Assembly (NCBI RefSeq): GCF_009914755.1
Contig: NC_060933.1
DNA: 64,000 bases
Source of the DNA: the human T2T-CHM13v2.0 reference genome, Homo sapiens
Strand: one strand, 5' to 3'
Positions 26,975 to 42,800 of this stretch are shown here, one piece after another (the first letter of the stretch is position 1; each line of letters starts with the position of its first letter). The translations under genes and the position numbers were made by a program. Under the pieces are notes generated by a model. The model saw only the letters and a program-made list of their open reading frames with translations. It did not search any database and was not told the DNA's origin.

Positions 26975-29900
26975 GAATGGAATGGAAAGGAATGGAATAA
27001 ACCTGAGTGGAATCGCATGGAATGGAATGGAATGGAATGGAATGGAATGGTACGGAATAGAATGGAATGGAAAGTAATGGAATGGAATGGAATGGAATGG
27101 AATGGAATCAACCTGAGTGCAATGGAATGGAGTGGAATGGAATGTAATGGAATGGAAACAACCCGAATGTAATGGAATGTAATGGAGTGTAAGGGAATTG
27201 AATACAATCAATCCGAATGTAATGGAATGGAATGGAATGGAATGGAATGGAATGGAATGCAGTGGAATGGAATCAAACCTAGTGCAATGGAATGGAATGG
27301 AATGGAATGGAATGAAATGGAATGGAATGGAATGGAATGGAATGGAATGGATTGGATTCAACCCAAATGGAATGGAAAGCAATGGAATCAACCCGAGTGG
27401 AATGGCATGGAATTGAATGGAATGGAATGGAATGGAATGGAATGGTACAGAATAGAATGGAATGGAATGAAATGGAATGGAATGGAATGGAATGGAATGG
27501 AATGGAACGGAATGGAATGGAATCAACTCGATTGCAATGGAATGTAATGTAATGGAATGGAATGGAATTAACGCGAATAGAATGGAATGGAATGTAATGG
27601 AACGGAATGGAATGGAATGGGATGGAATGGAATCAATCTGAGTGCAGGGGAATGGAATGGAATGGAATGCAATGGAATGGAATGGAATGGAATGGAATGC
27701 AATGGAATCAACTAGATTGCAATGGGATGGAATGGAATGGAATGGAATGGAAGGGAATGGAATGGAATGGAATTAACCTGAACAGAATGGAATGGAATGG
27801 AATGGAACGGAATGGAAGGGAATGGAATGGAATGGAATTAAGCTGAAGAGAATGGAATGGAATGGAATGGAACGGAATGGAATGGAATGGAATGGAATGG
27901 AATGCAATGGAATGGGATCAACCCGAGTGCAGGGGAATGGAATGGAATGGAATGCAATGGAATGGAATCAATCAACCCGAGTGCAATAGAATGCAGTGGA
28001 ATGGAATGGAATGGAATGGAAAGTACCCGAATGGAAAGGAATGTAATGGAGTGTAAGGGAATTAAAAAGAATCAATCCGAATGTAATGGAATGGAAGGGA
28101 ACGGAATGGAATGGAATGGAATGGAATGGAATGGAATGGAATGGAATGAAATGGAATGGCATGGAATGGAATGGAATCAACCTGAGTTCAATGGAATGGA
28201 ATGGAATGGAATGGAATGGATTCAACCCGAATGGAATGGAAAGGAATGGAATAAACCCGAGTGAAATGGCATGGAAGGGAAAGGAATGGAATGGAATGGT
28301 AAGGAATAGAATGGAATGGAACGAAATGGAATGGAATGGAATGGAATGGAATGGAATGGAATGGAATGAACCCGTGTGCAATGGAATGGAATGGAATGGA
28401 ATGGAATGGAATGGGTTCAACTAGAATGGAATGGAAAGGAATGGAATCAACCCGAGTGGAATGGCATGGAATGGAATGGAAAGGAATGGAATGGAATGGA
28501 ATGGAATGGAATGGAATGGAATGAAATGGAATGGAAGGGAATGGATTGAAATGGAATGGAATGGAATGGAATCAACCCGAGTGCAATGTAATGGAATTGA
28601 ATGGAATGGAATGGAATGGAATGGAATGAATTCAACCCGAATGGAATGGAAAGGAATGGAATAAACCCGAGTGGAATCGCATGGAATGGATTGGAATGGA
28701 ATGGAATGGAATACTACGGAAGAGAATGGAATGGAACGAAATGGAATGGAATGTAATGGAATGGAATGGAATGAACACGTGAGCAATGGAATGGAATCGA
28801 ATGGAATGGAATGGAATGGAATGGATTCAACTCGAATGGAATGGAAAGGAATGGAATCAACCCGAGTGGAATGGCATGGAATGGAATGGAATGGAATGGA
28901 ATGGAACGGAATGGAATGGAATCAACTCGATTGCAAAGGAATGTAATGGAAAGGAATGGAACGGAATTAACGCAAATAGAATGGAATGGAAAGGAATGGA
29001 AAGGAATGGAATGGAAAGGAATGGAATGGAATCAATCTGAGTGCAGGGGAATGGAATGGAATGGAGTGCAATGGAATGGAAAGGAATGGAATGCAATGGA
29101 ATCACCTCGATTGCAATGGGATGGAATGGAATGGAATGGAATGGAAGGGAATGGAATGGAATGGAATTAACCTGAACAGAATGGAATGGAATGGTATGGA
29201 ATGGAATGGAATGGAATGGAATGGAATGCAATGGAATGGAATCAATCAACGCGAGTGCAATAGAATGCAGTGGAATGGAATGGAATGGAATGGAAAGTAC
29301 CCGAATGGAATGGAATGGAATGGAGTGTAAGGGAATTAAAAAGAATCAATCCGAATGTAATGGAATGGAATTGAAAGGAAAGGAATGGAATGGAATGGAA
29401 TGGAATGGAATGGAATGGAATGGAATGAAATGGAATGCCATAGAATGGAATGGAATCAACCCGAGCGCAATGGAATGGAATGGAATGGAATGGAATGGAA
29501 TGGAATGGATTCAACCCGAATGGAATGGAAAGGAATGGAATAAACCCGAGTGAAATGGCATGGAAGGGAATGGAATGGAATGGAATGGTACGGAGTAGAA
29601 TGGAATGGAACGAAATGGAATGGAATGGAATGGAATGGAATGGAATGGAATGGAATGGAATGAACCCGTGAGCAATGGAATGGAATGGAATGGAATGGAA
29701 TGGAATGGAATGGGTTCAATTCGAATGTAATGGAAAGGAATGGAATCAACCCGAGTGCAATGGCATGGAATGGAATGGAATGGAATGGAATGGAATGGAA
29801 TGGAATGGAATGGATTCAACCCAAATGGAATGGAAAGGAATGGAATAAACCCGAGTGGAATGGCATGGAATGGAGTGGAATGGAATGGAATGGAATGGAA

Positions 29901-30650
29901 TGGAATGGAATGGAATGGAATTAACCCTAATAGAATGGAATGGAATCGAATGGAATGGAATAGAAGGGAATGGAATGGAATGGAATGGAATGGAATTAAC
30001 CCGAATAGAATGGAATGGAATGGAATGGAATGGAATGGAATGGAATGGAATCAACTCGATTTCAATGGAATGGAATGGAATGGAATGGAATGGAAGGGAA
30101 TGGAATGGAATGGAATGAAATTAACCTGAATAGAATGGAATGGAATGGAATGGAATGGAATGGAATGGAATAGAATGTAATCCAACCGAGTGCAGGGGAA
30201 TGGAATGGAATGGAATGCAATGGAATGGAATCATACGGAATGGAATGGAATGGAATGGAATGCAATGGAATGGAATGGATTCAACCCGATTGCAATGGAA
30301 TGGAGTGGAATGGAATGTAATGGAATGGAAACAACCCGAATCGAATGGAATGGAAAGGAATCGAATGGAATCAACCTGAGTGCAGGGGAATGGAATGGAA
30401 TGGAATGCAATGGAAAGGAATGGAATGGAATGCAATGGAATGTAATGGAATGGAATGCAATGGAATCAACCCGAGTGCAATGTAATGGAATCGAATGGAA
30501 TGGAATGGAATGGAATGGATTCAACCCGAATGGAATGGAAAGGAATGGAATAAACCCGAGTGGAATGGCATGGAGTGGAGTGGAATGGAATGGAATGGAA
30601 TAGAATGGAATGGTACGGAATAGAATGGAATGGAACGAAATGGAATGGAA
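26975..30650 (+). repeat. Second copy of the ~5.2-kb-offset duplication
   Basis: Same private words as 21.3-25.6 kb, but without the 560-bp and 190-bp internal duplications found in the first copy. Confidence 0.88.
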
Positions 30651-32109
30651 TGGAATGGAATGGAATGGAATGGAATGGAATGGAATGGAATCAAACCGAG
30701 TGCAGGGGAATGGAATGGAATTGAAGGCAATGGAATGGAATCATCCGGAATTGAATGGAATGGAATGGAATCAACTCGATTGCAATGGAATGGAATGGAA
30801 TGGCATGGAATGGAATGGAATGGAATGCAATGCAATGGAATGCAATGGAATGGAATGGAATTAACCCGAATAGAATGGAATGGAATGGAATGGAAGTAAA
30901 TGGAATGGAAGGTAATGAACCCGAGTGCAGGGGAATGGAATGGAATGGAATGCAATGGAATGGAGTCATCCGGAATGGAACGGAAAGGAATGGAATGGAA
31001 CCAACCCGTGTGCAATGGAATTGAAAGGAATGGAATGGAATGGAATGGAATGGAATGGAATGGAATGGATTCAACCCGAATGGAATGGAAAGGAAGGGAA
31101 TAAACCCAAGTGGAATGGCATGGAATGGAATGGATTGGAATGGAATGGAATGGAATGCTACCGAATAGAATGGAATGGAACGAAATGGAGTAGAATGGAA
31201 TGGAATGGAATGCAATCAACCCGAGTGCAATGGAATGGAGTGGAATGGATTGGAATGGATTGGAAACAACCTGAATGGAATGGAATGAAATGGAGTGTAA
31301 GGGAATTGAATACAATCAAACCGAATGTAATGGAATGGAATGGAACGGAATGGAATGGAATGGAATGGAATGGAATGCAGTGGAATGGAATCAAACCTAG
31401 TGCAATGGAATGGAATGGAATGGAATGGAATGGAATGGAATGGAATGGAATCAATTCGATTGCAATGGAATGGAATGGAATGGAATGGAATGGGTTCAAC
31501 TCGAATGGAATGGAAAGGAATGGAATCAACCCGAGTGGAATGGCATGGAATGGAATGCAATGGAATGGAATGGAATGGAATGGAATGCAAAGGAATGGAA
31601 TGGAATGCAATGGAATCAACCCGAGTGCTATGTAATGGAATTGAATGGAATGGAATGGAATGGAATGGAATGGATTCAACCCGAATGGAATGGAAAGGAA
31701 TGGAATAAACCCGAGTGGAATGGCATGGAATGGAGTGGAATGGAATGGAATGCAATGGAATGGAATGGAATGGTACGGAATAGAATGGAATGGAACGAAA
31801 TGGAATGTAATGTAATGGAATGGAATGGAATGGAATGAACCCGTGTGCAATGGAATGGAATGGAAAGGAATGGAATGGAATGGAATGAACCCGTGTGCAA
31901 TGGAATGGAATCGAATGGAATGGAATGGAATGGAATGGATTCAAGTCGAATGGAATGGAAAGGAATGGAATCAACCCGAGTGGAATGGCATGGAATGGAA
32001 TGGAATGAAATGGAATGGAATGGAATGGAATGGTACGGAATAGAACGGAATGAAACGAAATGGAATGGAATGGAATGGAATGGAATGGAATGGAATGGAA
32101 TGGAATGGA

Positions 32110-32510
32110 ATGGAATGGAAAGGAATGGAATGGAATCAACCCGAGTGCAGGTGAATGGAATGGAATGGAAGGCAATGGAATGCAATCATCCGGAATGGAA
32201 TGGAATGGAATGGAATGGAATGGAATCAACTCGATTGCAATGGAATGTAATGGAATGGAATGGAATGGAATTAACCCTAATAGAATGGAATGGAATGGAA
32301 TGGAATGGAATGGAATGGAATGGAATGGAATGGAAAGGAATGGAATGGAATCAACCCGAGTGCAGGTGAATGCAATGGAATGGAAGGCAATGGAATGCAA
32401 TCATCCGGAATTGAATGGAATGGAATGGAATGGAATGGAATCAACTCGATTGTAATGGAATGTAATGGAATGGAATGGAATGGAATTAACCCTAATAGAA
32501 TGGAATGGAA
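32110..32510 (+). repeat. 215-bp tandem duplication
   Basis: Private word GTGCAGGTGAATG at ~32145 and ~32360; AACCCTAATAG occurs twice. Confidence 0.8.
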
Positions 32511-35500
32511 TGGAATGGAAGGGAATGGAATGGAATGGAATGGAATGGAATTAACCGGAATAGAATGCAATGGAATGGAATGGAATGGAATGGAATGGAA
32601 TGGAATGAAATGGAATCAACTCGATTTCAATGGAATGGAATGGAATGGAATGGAATGGAATGGAATGGAATGCAATGAAATTAAACCGAATAGAATGGAA
32701 TGGAATGGAATGGAATGGAATGGAATGGAATGGAATGGAATGGAATAGAGTGGAATGGAATGGAATGGAATAGAATGGAATCCACCCGAGTGCAGGGGAA
32801 TGGAATGGAATGGAATGCAATGGAATGGAATCATGCGGAATGGAATGGAATGGAATGGAATGGAATCAACCCGATTGCAATGGAATGGAGTGGAATGGAA
32901 TGGAATGGAATGGAAACAACCCGAATGGAATGGAATGGAATGGAATGGAGTGTAAGGGAATTGAATAGAATCAATACGAATGTAATGGAATGGAATGGAA
33001 CGGAATGGAATGCAATGGAATGGAATGGAATCCAATGGAATGGGTTCAACCCGAGTGCAATGGAATGGAATCGAAAGTAATGGAATGGAATGGAATGGAT
33101 TCAACACGAATGGAATGGAAAGGAATGGAATCAACCCGAGTGGAATGGAATTTAATGGAATGGAATGGAATGGAATGCAGTGAAATGGAATCAAACCTAG
33201 TGCAATGGAATGGAATGGAATGGAATGGAATGGAATGGATTAAATTCAACCCAAATGGAATGGAAAGCAATGGAATCAACCCGAGTGGAATGGCATGGAA
33301 TGGAATGGAATGGAATGGAATGGAAAGGTACGGAATAGAATGGAATGGAACGAAATGGAATGGAATGGGATGGAATGGAATGGAATGGAATGGAATGGAA
33401 TAGAATGGAATCCACCCGATTGCAGGGGAATGGAATGGAATGGAATGCAAAGGAATGGAATGGAATGGATTCAACCCGAATGGAATGGAAAGGAAAGGAA
33501 TAATCCCGAGTGAAATGGCATGGAAGGGAATGGAATGGAATGGAATGGTACGGAGTAGAATGGAATGGAACGAAATGGAATGGAATGGAATGGAATGGAA
33601 TGAACCCGTGAGCAATGGAATGGAATGGAATGGAATGGAATGGAATGGAATTTGTTCAACTCGAATGGAATGGAAAGGAATGGAATCAACCCGAGTGGAA
33701 TGGCATGGAATGGAATGGAATGGAATGGAATGGAATGGAATGGAATGGATTCAACCCGAATGGAATGGAAAGGAATGGAATAAACCCGAGTGGAATGGCA
33801 TGGAACGGAGTGGAATGGAATGGAATGGAAGGGAATGGTACGGAATAGAATGGAATGGAACGAAATGGAATGGAATGGAACGGAATGGAATGGAATGGAA
33901 TGGAATGGAATGAACCCGTGTGCAATTGAATGGAATCGAATGGAATGGAATGCAATGGAATGGATTCAACTATAATGGAATGGAAAGGAATGGAATCAAC
34001 CCGAGTGGAATGGCATGGTATGGAATGGAATGGAATGGAATGGAATGGAAAGGTACGGAATAGAATGGAATGGAACGAAATGGAATGGAATGGAATGGAA
34101 TGAATGGAATGGAATGGAATAGAATGGAATCCAACCGATTGCAGGGGAATGGAATGGAACGGAATGCAATGGAATGGAATGGAATGGATTCAACCCGAAT
34201 GGAATGGAAAGGAATGGAATCAACCCGAGTGGAATGGCATGGAATGGAATGGAATGGAATGGAATAGTACGGAAAAGAATGGAATGGAACGAAATGGAAT
34301 GGAATGGAATCAACCTGAGTGCAATGGAATGGAGTGGAATGGAATGGAATGGAACGGAAACAACCCGAATGGAATGGAATGTAATGGAGTTTAAGGGAAT
34401 TGAATACAATCAATCCGAATGTAATGGAATGGAATGGAACGGAATGGAATGGAATGGAATGGAATGGAATGGAATGGAATGGAATGGAATGAAATGGAAT
34501 GGCAGGGAATGGAATGGAATCAACCCGAGTGCAAAGGAATGGAATGGAATGGAATGGAAGGGAATGGAATGGAATGGAATAGAGTGGAATGGAATGGAAT
34601 GGAATGGAATGGAATGCAATGAAATGGAATCAACCCGAGTGCAGGGGAATGGAATGGAATGGAATGCAATGGAATGGAATCAATGAACCCGAGTGCAATA
34701 GAATGCAGTGGAATGGAATGGAATGGAATGGAAAGTACCCGAATGGAATGGAATGGAATGGAGTGTAAGGGAATTAAAAAGAATCAATCCGAATGTAATG
34801 GAATGGAATGGAACGGAATGGAATGGAATGGAATGGAATGGAATGGAATGGAATGGTACGGAATAGAATGGAATGGAACGAAATGGAATGGAATGGAATG
34901 GAATGGAACGGAAAGGAATGGAATCAACTCGATTGCAATGGAATGCAATGGAATGGAATGGAATGCAATTGAAGCGAATAGAATGGAATGGAATGGAATG
35001 GAACGGAATGGAATGGAATGGAATGGAATGGAATCGAATGGAATCAACCTGAGTGCAGGGGTATGGAATGGAATGGAATGCAATGGAATGTAATGGAATG
35101 GAATGCAATGGAAAAAACTCGATTGCAATGGAATGGAATGGAATGGAATGGAATGGAAGGGAAAGGAATGGAATGGAATTAACCTGAACAGAATGGAATG
35201 GAATGGAATGGAACGGAATGGAATGGAATGGATTCAACCCGAATGGAATGGAAAGGAATGGAATAAACCCGAGTGGAATGGCATGGAATGGAATGGAATG
35301 GAATGGAATGGTACGGAATAGAATGGAATGGAACGAAATGGAATGGAATGGAATGGAATGGAATGGAATGCAATCAACCTGAGTGCAATGGAATGGAATG
35401 GAATGGAATGGAACGGAATGGAAACAACCCGAATGGAATGGAATGGAATGGAGTGTAAGGAATTGAATACAATCAATCCGAATGTAATGGAATGGAATGG

Positions 35501-38500
35501 AACGGAATGGAATGGAATGGAACGCAGTGGAATGGAATCAAACCTAGTGCAATGGAATGGAATGGAATGGAATGGAATGCAATGGAATGGATTGGATTCA
35601 ACCCAAATGGAATGGAAAGCAATAGAATCATCCCGAGTGGAATGGCATGGAATGGAATGGAATGGAATGGAATGGAATGGAATGGTACGGAATAGAATGG
35701 AATGGATCGAAATGGAATGGAATGGAATGGAATGGAACGGAATGGAATGGAATCAACTCGATTGCAATGGAATGTAATGGAATGGAATGGAATGGAATTA
35801 ACGCGAATAGAATGGAATGGAATGGAATGGAAAGGAATGGGATGGAATGGAATCAATCTGAGTGCAGGGGAATGGAATGGAATGGAATGCAATGGAATGG
35901 AATCATCCGGAATGGAATGGAATGGAATGGAATGTAATGGAATGGAATGGAATGGAATTAACCCGAATAGAATGGAATGGAATGGAATGGAATGGAATGG
36001 AATGGAATGGAATGGAATGGAATCAACTCGATTTCAATGGAATGGAATGGAATGGAATGGAATGGAATGGAATGGAATGGAATAGAATGGAATCCACCCG
36101 ACTGCAGGGGAATGGAATGGAATAGAATGCAATGGAATGGAATCATACGGAATGGAATGGAATGGAATGGAATGGAATGGAATGGAATGGAAAGAACCCG
36201 AATGGAATGGAATGTGATGGAGTGTAAGGGAATTGAATAGAATCAATCCGAATGTAATGGAATTGAATGGAACGGAATGGAATGGAATGGAATGTAATGG
36301 AATGGAATGGAATGCAATGGAATGGGATCAACACGAGTGCAATGGAATGGATTCGAAAGGAATGGAATGGAATGGAAAGGCTTCACCCCGAATGGAATGG
36401 AAAGGAATGGAATCAACCCGAGTGGAATGGAATGGAATGGAATGGAATGGAATGCAATGGAATGCAATGGAATGGAACGGAATGGAATCAACCCGATTGC
36501 AATGAAATTGAATGGAATGGAATGGAATGGAATGGAATTAACCCGAATAGAATGGAATGTAATGGAATGGAATGGTATGGAATGGAATGGAACGGAATGG
36601 AATGGAATGGAATTGAATGGAATCAACCCGGGTGCAGGGGAATGCAATTGAATGGAAGGCAATGGAATGCAATCATCCGGAATGGAATGGAATGGAATGG
36701 AATGGAATGGAATGGTTTCAACCCGAATGGAATGGAATGGAATGGAATCAACCCGAGTGGAATGACATGGAATGGAATGGAATGGAATGGAATGGAATGG
36801 AATGGAATGGAATGGAATGGAATGGTATGGAATAGAATGGAATGGAACGAAATGGAATGGAAGGGAATGGAATGGAATGGAATGGAATCAACCCGAGTGC
36901 AATGGAATGGAGTGGAATGGAATGGAATGGAATGGAAACAACCCGAATGGAATGGAATGTAATGGAATGTAAGGGAATTGAATACAATCAATACGAATGT
37001 AATGGAATGGAATGGAACGGAATGGAATGGAATGGAATGGAATGGAATGCAGTGGAATGGAATCAATCCTAGTGCAATGCAATGGAATGCAATGGAATGG
37101 AATGGAATGGAATGGAATGGAATGGAATGGATTCAACCCAAATGGAATGGAAAGCAATGGAATCAACCCGAGTGGAATGGCATGGAACGGAATGGAATGG
37201 AATGGTATGGAATAGAATGGAATGGAAAGAAATGGAATGGAATGGAATGGAATGGAATGGAACGGAGTGGAATGGAAAGGAATGGAATGGAATGGAATGG
37301 AATAGAATGGAATGGAAAGAAATGGAATGGAATGGAACAGAATGGAATGGAATCAATCAGAGTGGAATAGAAGGGAATGCATTCGAGTAGAATGGAAAGG
37401 AATGGAATCAACCAGAGTGGAATGGAAGGGAATGGAATGGAATGGAAACTAATAAAATGGAATCAACACGAGTGGAATGGAATGGAAAGGACTTGAATGG
37501 AATGGAATGGAATGGAATGGAATCAACTCGATTGCAATGGAATGTAATGGAATGGAATTGAATGGAATTAATGCGAATAGAATGGATTGGAATGGAATGG
37601 AAGGGAATGGAATGGAATGGAATGGAATGGAATCAAACTGAGTGCAGGGGAATGGAATGGAATGGAATGGAATAGAATGGAATGGAATGGAAGGGAATGG
37701 AATGGAAAGGAATTAACCTGAACAGAATGGAATGGAATGGAATGGAACGGAATGGAATGGAATGGAATGGAATGGAATCCACCCGAGTTCAGGGGAATGG
37801 AATGGAATGGAATGCAATGGAATGGAATCAATCAACCCGAGTGCAATAGAATGCAGTGGAATGGAATGGAATGGAATGGAAAGTACCCGAATGGAATGGA
37901 ATGTAATGGAGTGTAAGGGAATTAAAAAGAATCAATACGAATGTAATTGAATGGAATGGAAGGGAATAGAATGGAATGGAATGGAATGGAATTGAATGAA
38001 ATGGAATGGCATGGAATGGAATGGAATCAACCCGAGTGCAATGGAATGGAATCGAATGGAATGGAAGGGAATGGAATGGATTGAACCCGAATGGAATGGA
38101 AAGGAATGGAATAAACCCGAGTGGAATGGCATGGAATGGAATGGAATGGAATGGAATGGTACGGAATAGAATGGAAAAAAACGAAATGGAATGGAATGGA
38201 ATGGAATGGAATGAACCCGTGTGCAATGGAATGGAATGGAATGGAATGGAATGGAATGGGTTCAACTCGAAAGGAATGGAAAGGAATGGAATCAACCCGA
38301 GTGGAATGGCATGGAATGGAATGGAATGGAATGGTATGGAATGGAATGGAATGGAATGGAATGGAATGGAATGGAATGGAATGAACCCAAGTGTAATGTA
38401 ATGGAATCGAATGGAATGGAATGGAATGGAATGGATTCAACCCAAATGGAATGGAAAGGAATGGAATCAACCCGAGTGGAATGGCATGGAATGGACTGGA

Positions 38501-39399
38501 ATGGAATGGAATGGAATGGAATGGTACGGAATAGAATGGAATGGAACGAAATGGAATGGAATGGAATGGAATGGAATGGAATGGAATGGAATGGAATGAA
38601 CCCGTGTGCAATGGAATGGAATCGAATGGAATGGAATGGAATGCAAAGGATACAACTCGAATGGAATGGAAAGGAATGAAATCAACCCGAGTGGAATGGC
38701 ATGGACTGGAATGGAATGGAATGGCATGGAATGGAATGGAATGGAATGGTACGGAATAGAATCGAATGGAACGAAATGGAATGGAATGGAATGGAATGGA
38801 ATGGAATGGAAACAACCCGAGTGCATGGTAATGGAATGGAACGGAAGGCAATGGAATGGAATCATCCGGAATGGAATGGAATGGAATGGAATGGAATGGA
38901 ATGGAATGGAATCAACTCGATTGCAATGGAATGGAATGGAATGGAATGGAATGGAATGGAATTAACCCGGATAGAATCGAATGGAATGGAATGGAATGGA
39001 ATGGAATGGAATGGAATGGAATGGAAGGGAATGGAATGTAATGTAATGGAATGGAATTAACCCGAATAGAATGGAATGGAACGGAAAGGAAGGGAATAGA
39101 ATGGAATGTAATCAACTCCAGTGCAGGGGAATGCAATGGAATGGAATGAAATGGAATGGAGTCATACGGAATGGAAGGGAATGGAATGGAATCAACCAGA
39201 GTGCAATGGAATGGAGTGGAATGGAATGGAATAGAATGGAAACAACACGAATGGAATAGAATGTAATGGAGTGTAAGGGAATTGAATATAATCAATCCGA
39301 ATGTAATGGAATGGAACGGAAAGGAATGGAATGGAATGGAATGGAATGGAATGGAATGGAATGGAATGGAATTAAATGGAATGGCATGGAATGGAATGG

Positions 39400-39810
39400 A
39401 ATCAACCCGAGTTCAATGGAATTGAATGGAATGGAATGGAATGGAATGGAATGGAATGGAATCAACTCGATTGCAATGGAATGGAACGGAATGGGATGGA
39501 ATGGAATGGAATGGAATGGAATGGGATTAACCCTAATAGAATGGAATGGAATGGAATGGAATGGAAAAGAATGGAATGGAAGGGAATGGAATGGAATGGA
39601 ATGGAATGGAATTAACCCGAGTTCAATGGAATTGAATGGAATGGAATGGAATGGAATGAAATGGAATCAACTCGATTGCAATGGAATGGAATGGAATGGG
39701 ATGGAATGGAATGGAATGGAATGGAATGGAATTAACCCTAATAGAATGCAATGGAATGGAATGGAATGGAATAGAATGGAATGGAAGGGAATGGAATGGA
39801 ATGGAATGGA
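39400..39810 (+). repeat. ~210-bp tandem duplication
   Basis: CCCGAGTTCAATGGAATTG at ~39406 and ~39616, each followed by CAACTCGATT, GGGATGG and AACCCTAATAG. Confidence 0.75.
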
Positions 39811-42800
39811 ATTAACCCGAATAGAATGGAATGGAATGGAATGGAATGGAATGGAATGGAATGGAATGGAATGGAATGGAATCAACTCGATTTCAATGGA
39901 ATGGAATGGAATGGAATGGAACGCAATGGAAGGGAATGGAATGGAATGGAATCAAATTAACCCGAATATAATGGAATGGAATGGAATGGAATGGAATGGA
40001 ATGGAATGGAATAGAATGGAATCCACCCGAGTGCAAGGGAATGGAATGGAATGGAATGCAATGGAATGGAATCATACGGAATGGAATGGAATGGAATGGA
40101 ATGCAATGGAATGGAATGGAATCACCGGATTGAAATGGAATGGAGTGGAATGGAATGGAATGGAATGGAAACAACCCGAAAGGAATGGAATGTAATGGAG
40201 AGTAAGGGAATTGAATAGAATCAATACGAATGTAATGGAATGGAATGGAACGGAATGGAATGCAATGGAATGGAATGGAATGCAATGGAATGGGATCAAC
40301 CCGAGTGAAATGGAATGGAATCGAAAGGAATGGAATGGAATGGAATGGTTTCAACCCGAATGGAATGGAAAGGAATGGAATCAACACGAGTGGAATGCAA
40401 TGGAATGGAATGGAATGGAATGGGTTCAACTCGAATGGAATGGAAAGGAATGGAATCAACCCGAGTGGAATGGCATGGAATGGAATGGAATGGAATGGAA
40501 GGGAATGGAATGGAATGGAATTAACCTGAAGAGAATGGAAGGGAATGGAATGGAACGGAACGGAATGGAATGGAATGGAATGGAATGGATTGGAGTGCAA
40601 TGGAATGGGATCAACCCGAGTACAGGGGAATGGAATGCAATGGAATGCAATGGAATGGAATCATCCCGAATGGAATGGAATGGAATGGAATGCAATGGAA
40701 TGGAATCAATCAACCCGAGTGCAATAGAATGGAGTGGAATGGAATGGAATGGTATGGAAACTACCCGAATGGAATAGAATGTAATGGAGTGTAAGGGAAT
40801 TAAAAAGAATCAATCCGAATGTAATGGAATTGAATGGAACGGAATGGAAAGGAATGGAATGGAATGGAATGGAATGGAATTAACCCGAATAGAATGGAAA
40901 GGAATGGAATGGAATGGAATGTAATGGAATGGAATGGAATGGAATGGAATGGAATGGAATTGAACGGAAAAGAATGGAATGGAAAGAAATGGAATGGAAT
41001 GAAATGGAATGGAATGGAATGGAATGGAATGGAATGGAATGGAATCAACCCGACTGCAGGGGAATGGAATGGAATTGAAGGCAATGGAATGGAATCATCC
41101 GGAATTGAATGGAATGGAATGGAATCAACTCGATTGCAATGGAATGCAATGGAATGCAATGGAATGGAATGGAATGGAATGGAATGGAATGGAATGGAAT
41201 GGAATGGAATTAACCCGAATAGAATGGAATTGAATGGAATGGAATGGAATGGAAGTAAATGGAATGGATTGTAATGAACCCGAGGGCAGGGGAATGGAAT
41301 GGAATGGAATGCAATGGAATGGAGTCATCCGGAATGGAACAGAAAGGTATGGAATGGAATCAACCCGTGTGCAATGGAATGGAAAGGAATGGAATGGAAT
41401 GGAATGGAATGGAATGGAATGGAATGGATTCAACCCGAATGGAATGGAAAGGAAGGGAATCAACCCAAGTGGAATGGCATGGAATGGAATGGAATGGAAT
41501 GGAATGGTACCGAATAGAATGGAATGGAACGAAATGGAATAGAATGGAATGGAATGGTATGGAAACAACCCGAATGGAATGGAATGAAATGGAGTGTAAG
41601 AGAATTGAATACAATCAATCCGAATGTAATGGAATGGAATGGAACGGAATGGAATGGAATGGAATGGAATGCAGTGGAATGGAATCAAACCTAGTGCAAT
41701 GGAATGGAATGGAATGGAATGGAATGGAATGGAATGGAATGGAATGGAATGGATTCAACCCAAATGGAATGGAAAGCAATGGAATCAACCCGAGTGGAAT
41801 GGCATGGAATGGAATGGAACGGAATGGAATGGAATGGAATGGAATGGAATGGAATGGAATGGTACGGAATAGAATGGAATGGAACGAAATGGAATGGAAT
41901 GGAATGGAATGGAACGGAAAGGAATGGAATGGATTCAACTCGAATGGAATGGAAAGGAATGGAATCAACCCGAGTGGAATAGCATGGATTGGAATGGAAA
42001 GGAATGGAATGGAATGGTACGGAATAGAGTGGAATGGAACGAAATGGAATGGAATGGAATGGAATGGAATGGAATGGAATGGAATGGAATCAACCCGAGT
42101 GCAGGGGAATGGAGTGGAATGGAAGGCAATGGAATGGAATCATCCGGAATGGAATGGAATGGAATGGAATGGAATGGAATGGAATGGAATGGAATCAACC
42201 TGAGTGCAGGGGAATGGAATGCAATGGAATGCAATGGAATGGAATGGAATGCAATGGAAACAACTCGATTGCAATGGAATGGAATGGAATGGAATGGAAT
42301 GGAATGGAATGGAATGGAATGGAATGGAATTAACCTGAACAGAATGGAATGGAATGGAATGGAATGGAACGGAATGGAATGGAATGGAATGGAATGGAAT
42401 CAACCCGAGTGCAGGGGAATGGAATGGAATGGAATGCAATGGAATGGATTCATCCGGAATGGAATGGAATTGAATGGAATGCAATGGAATGGATTCATCC
42501 GGAATGGAATGGAATGGAATGGAATGCAATGGAATGGAATCAATCAACCCGAGTGCAATGCAATGGAGTGGAATGGAATGGAATGGAACGGAAACTACCC
42601 GAATGGAATGGAATGTAATAGAGTGTAAAGGAATTGAAAAGAATCAATCCGAATGTAATGGAATGGAATGGAACGGAATGAAATGGAATGGCATGGAATG
42701 GAATGGAATCAACCCGAGTTCAATGGAATGGAATTGAACGGAATGGAATGGAAACGAATGGATTCAACCCGAATGGAATGGAAAGGAATGGAATGGAATG

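Noticed and set aside
31216-32400. Longest ORF (394 aa, minus strand)
   Set aside because: Pure IPFHS repeat lying in the 4.85-kb stretch with no register shift; no domain-like content.
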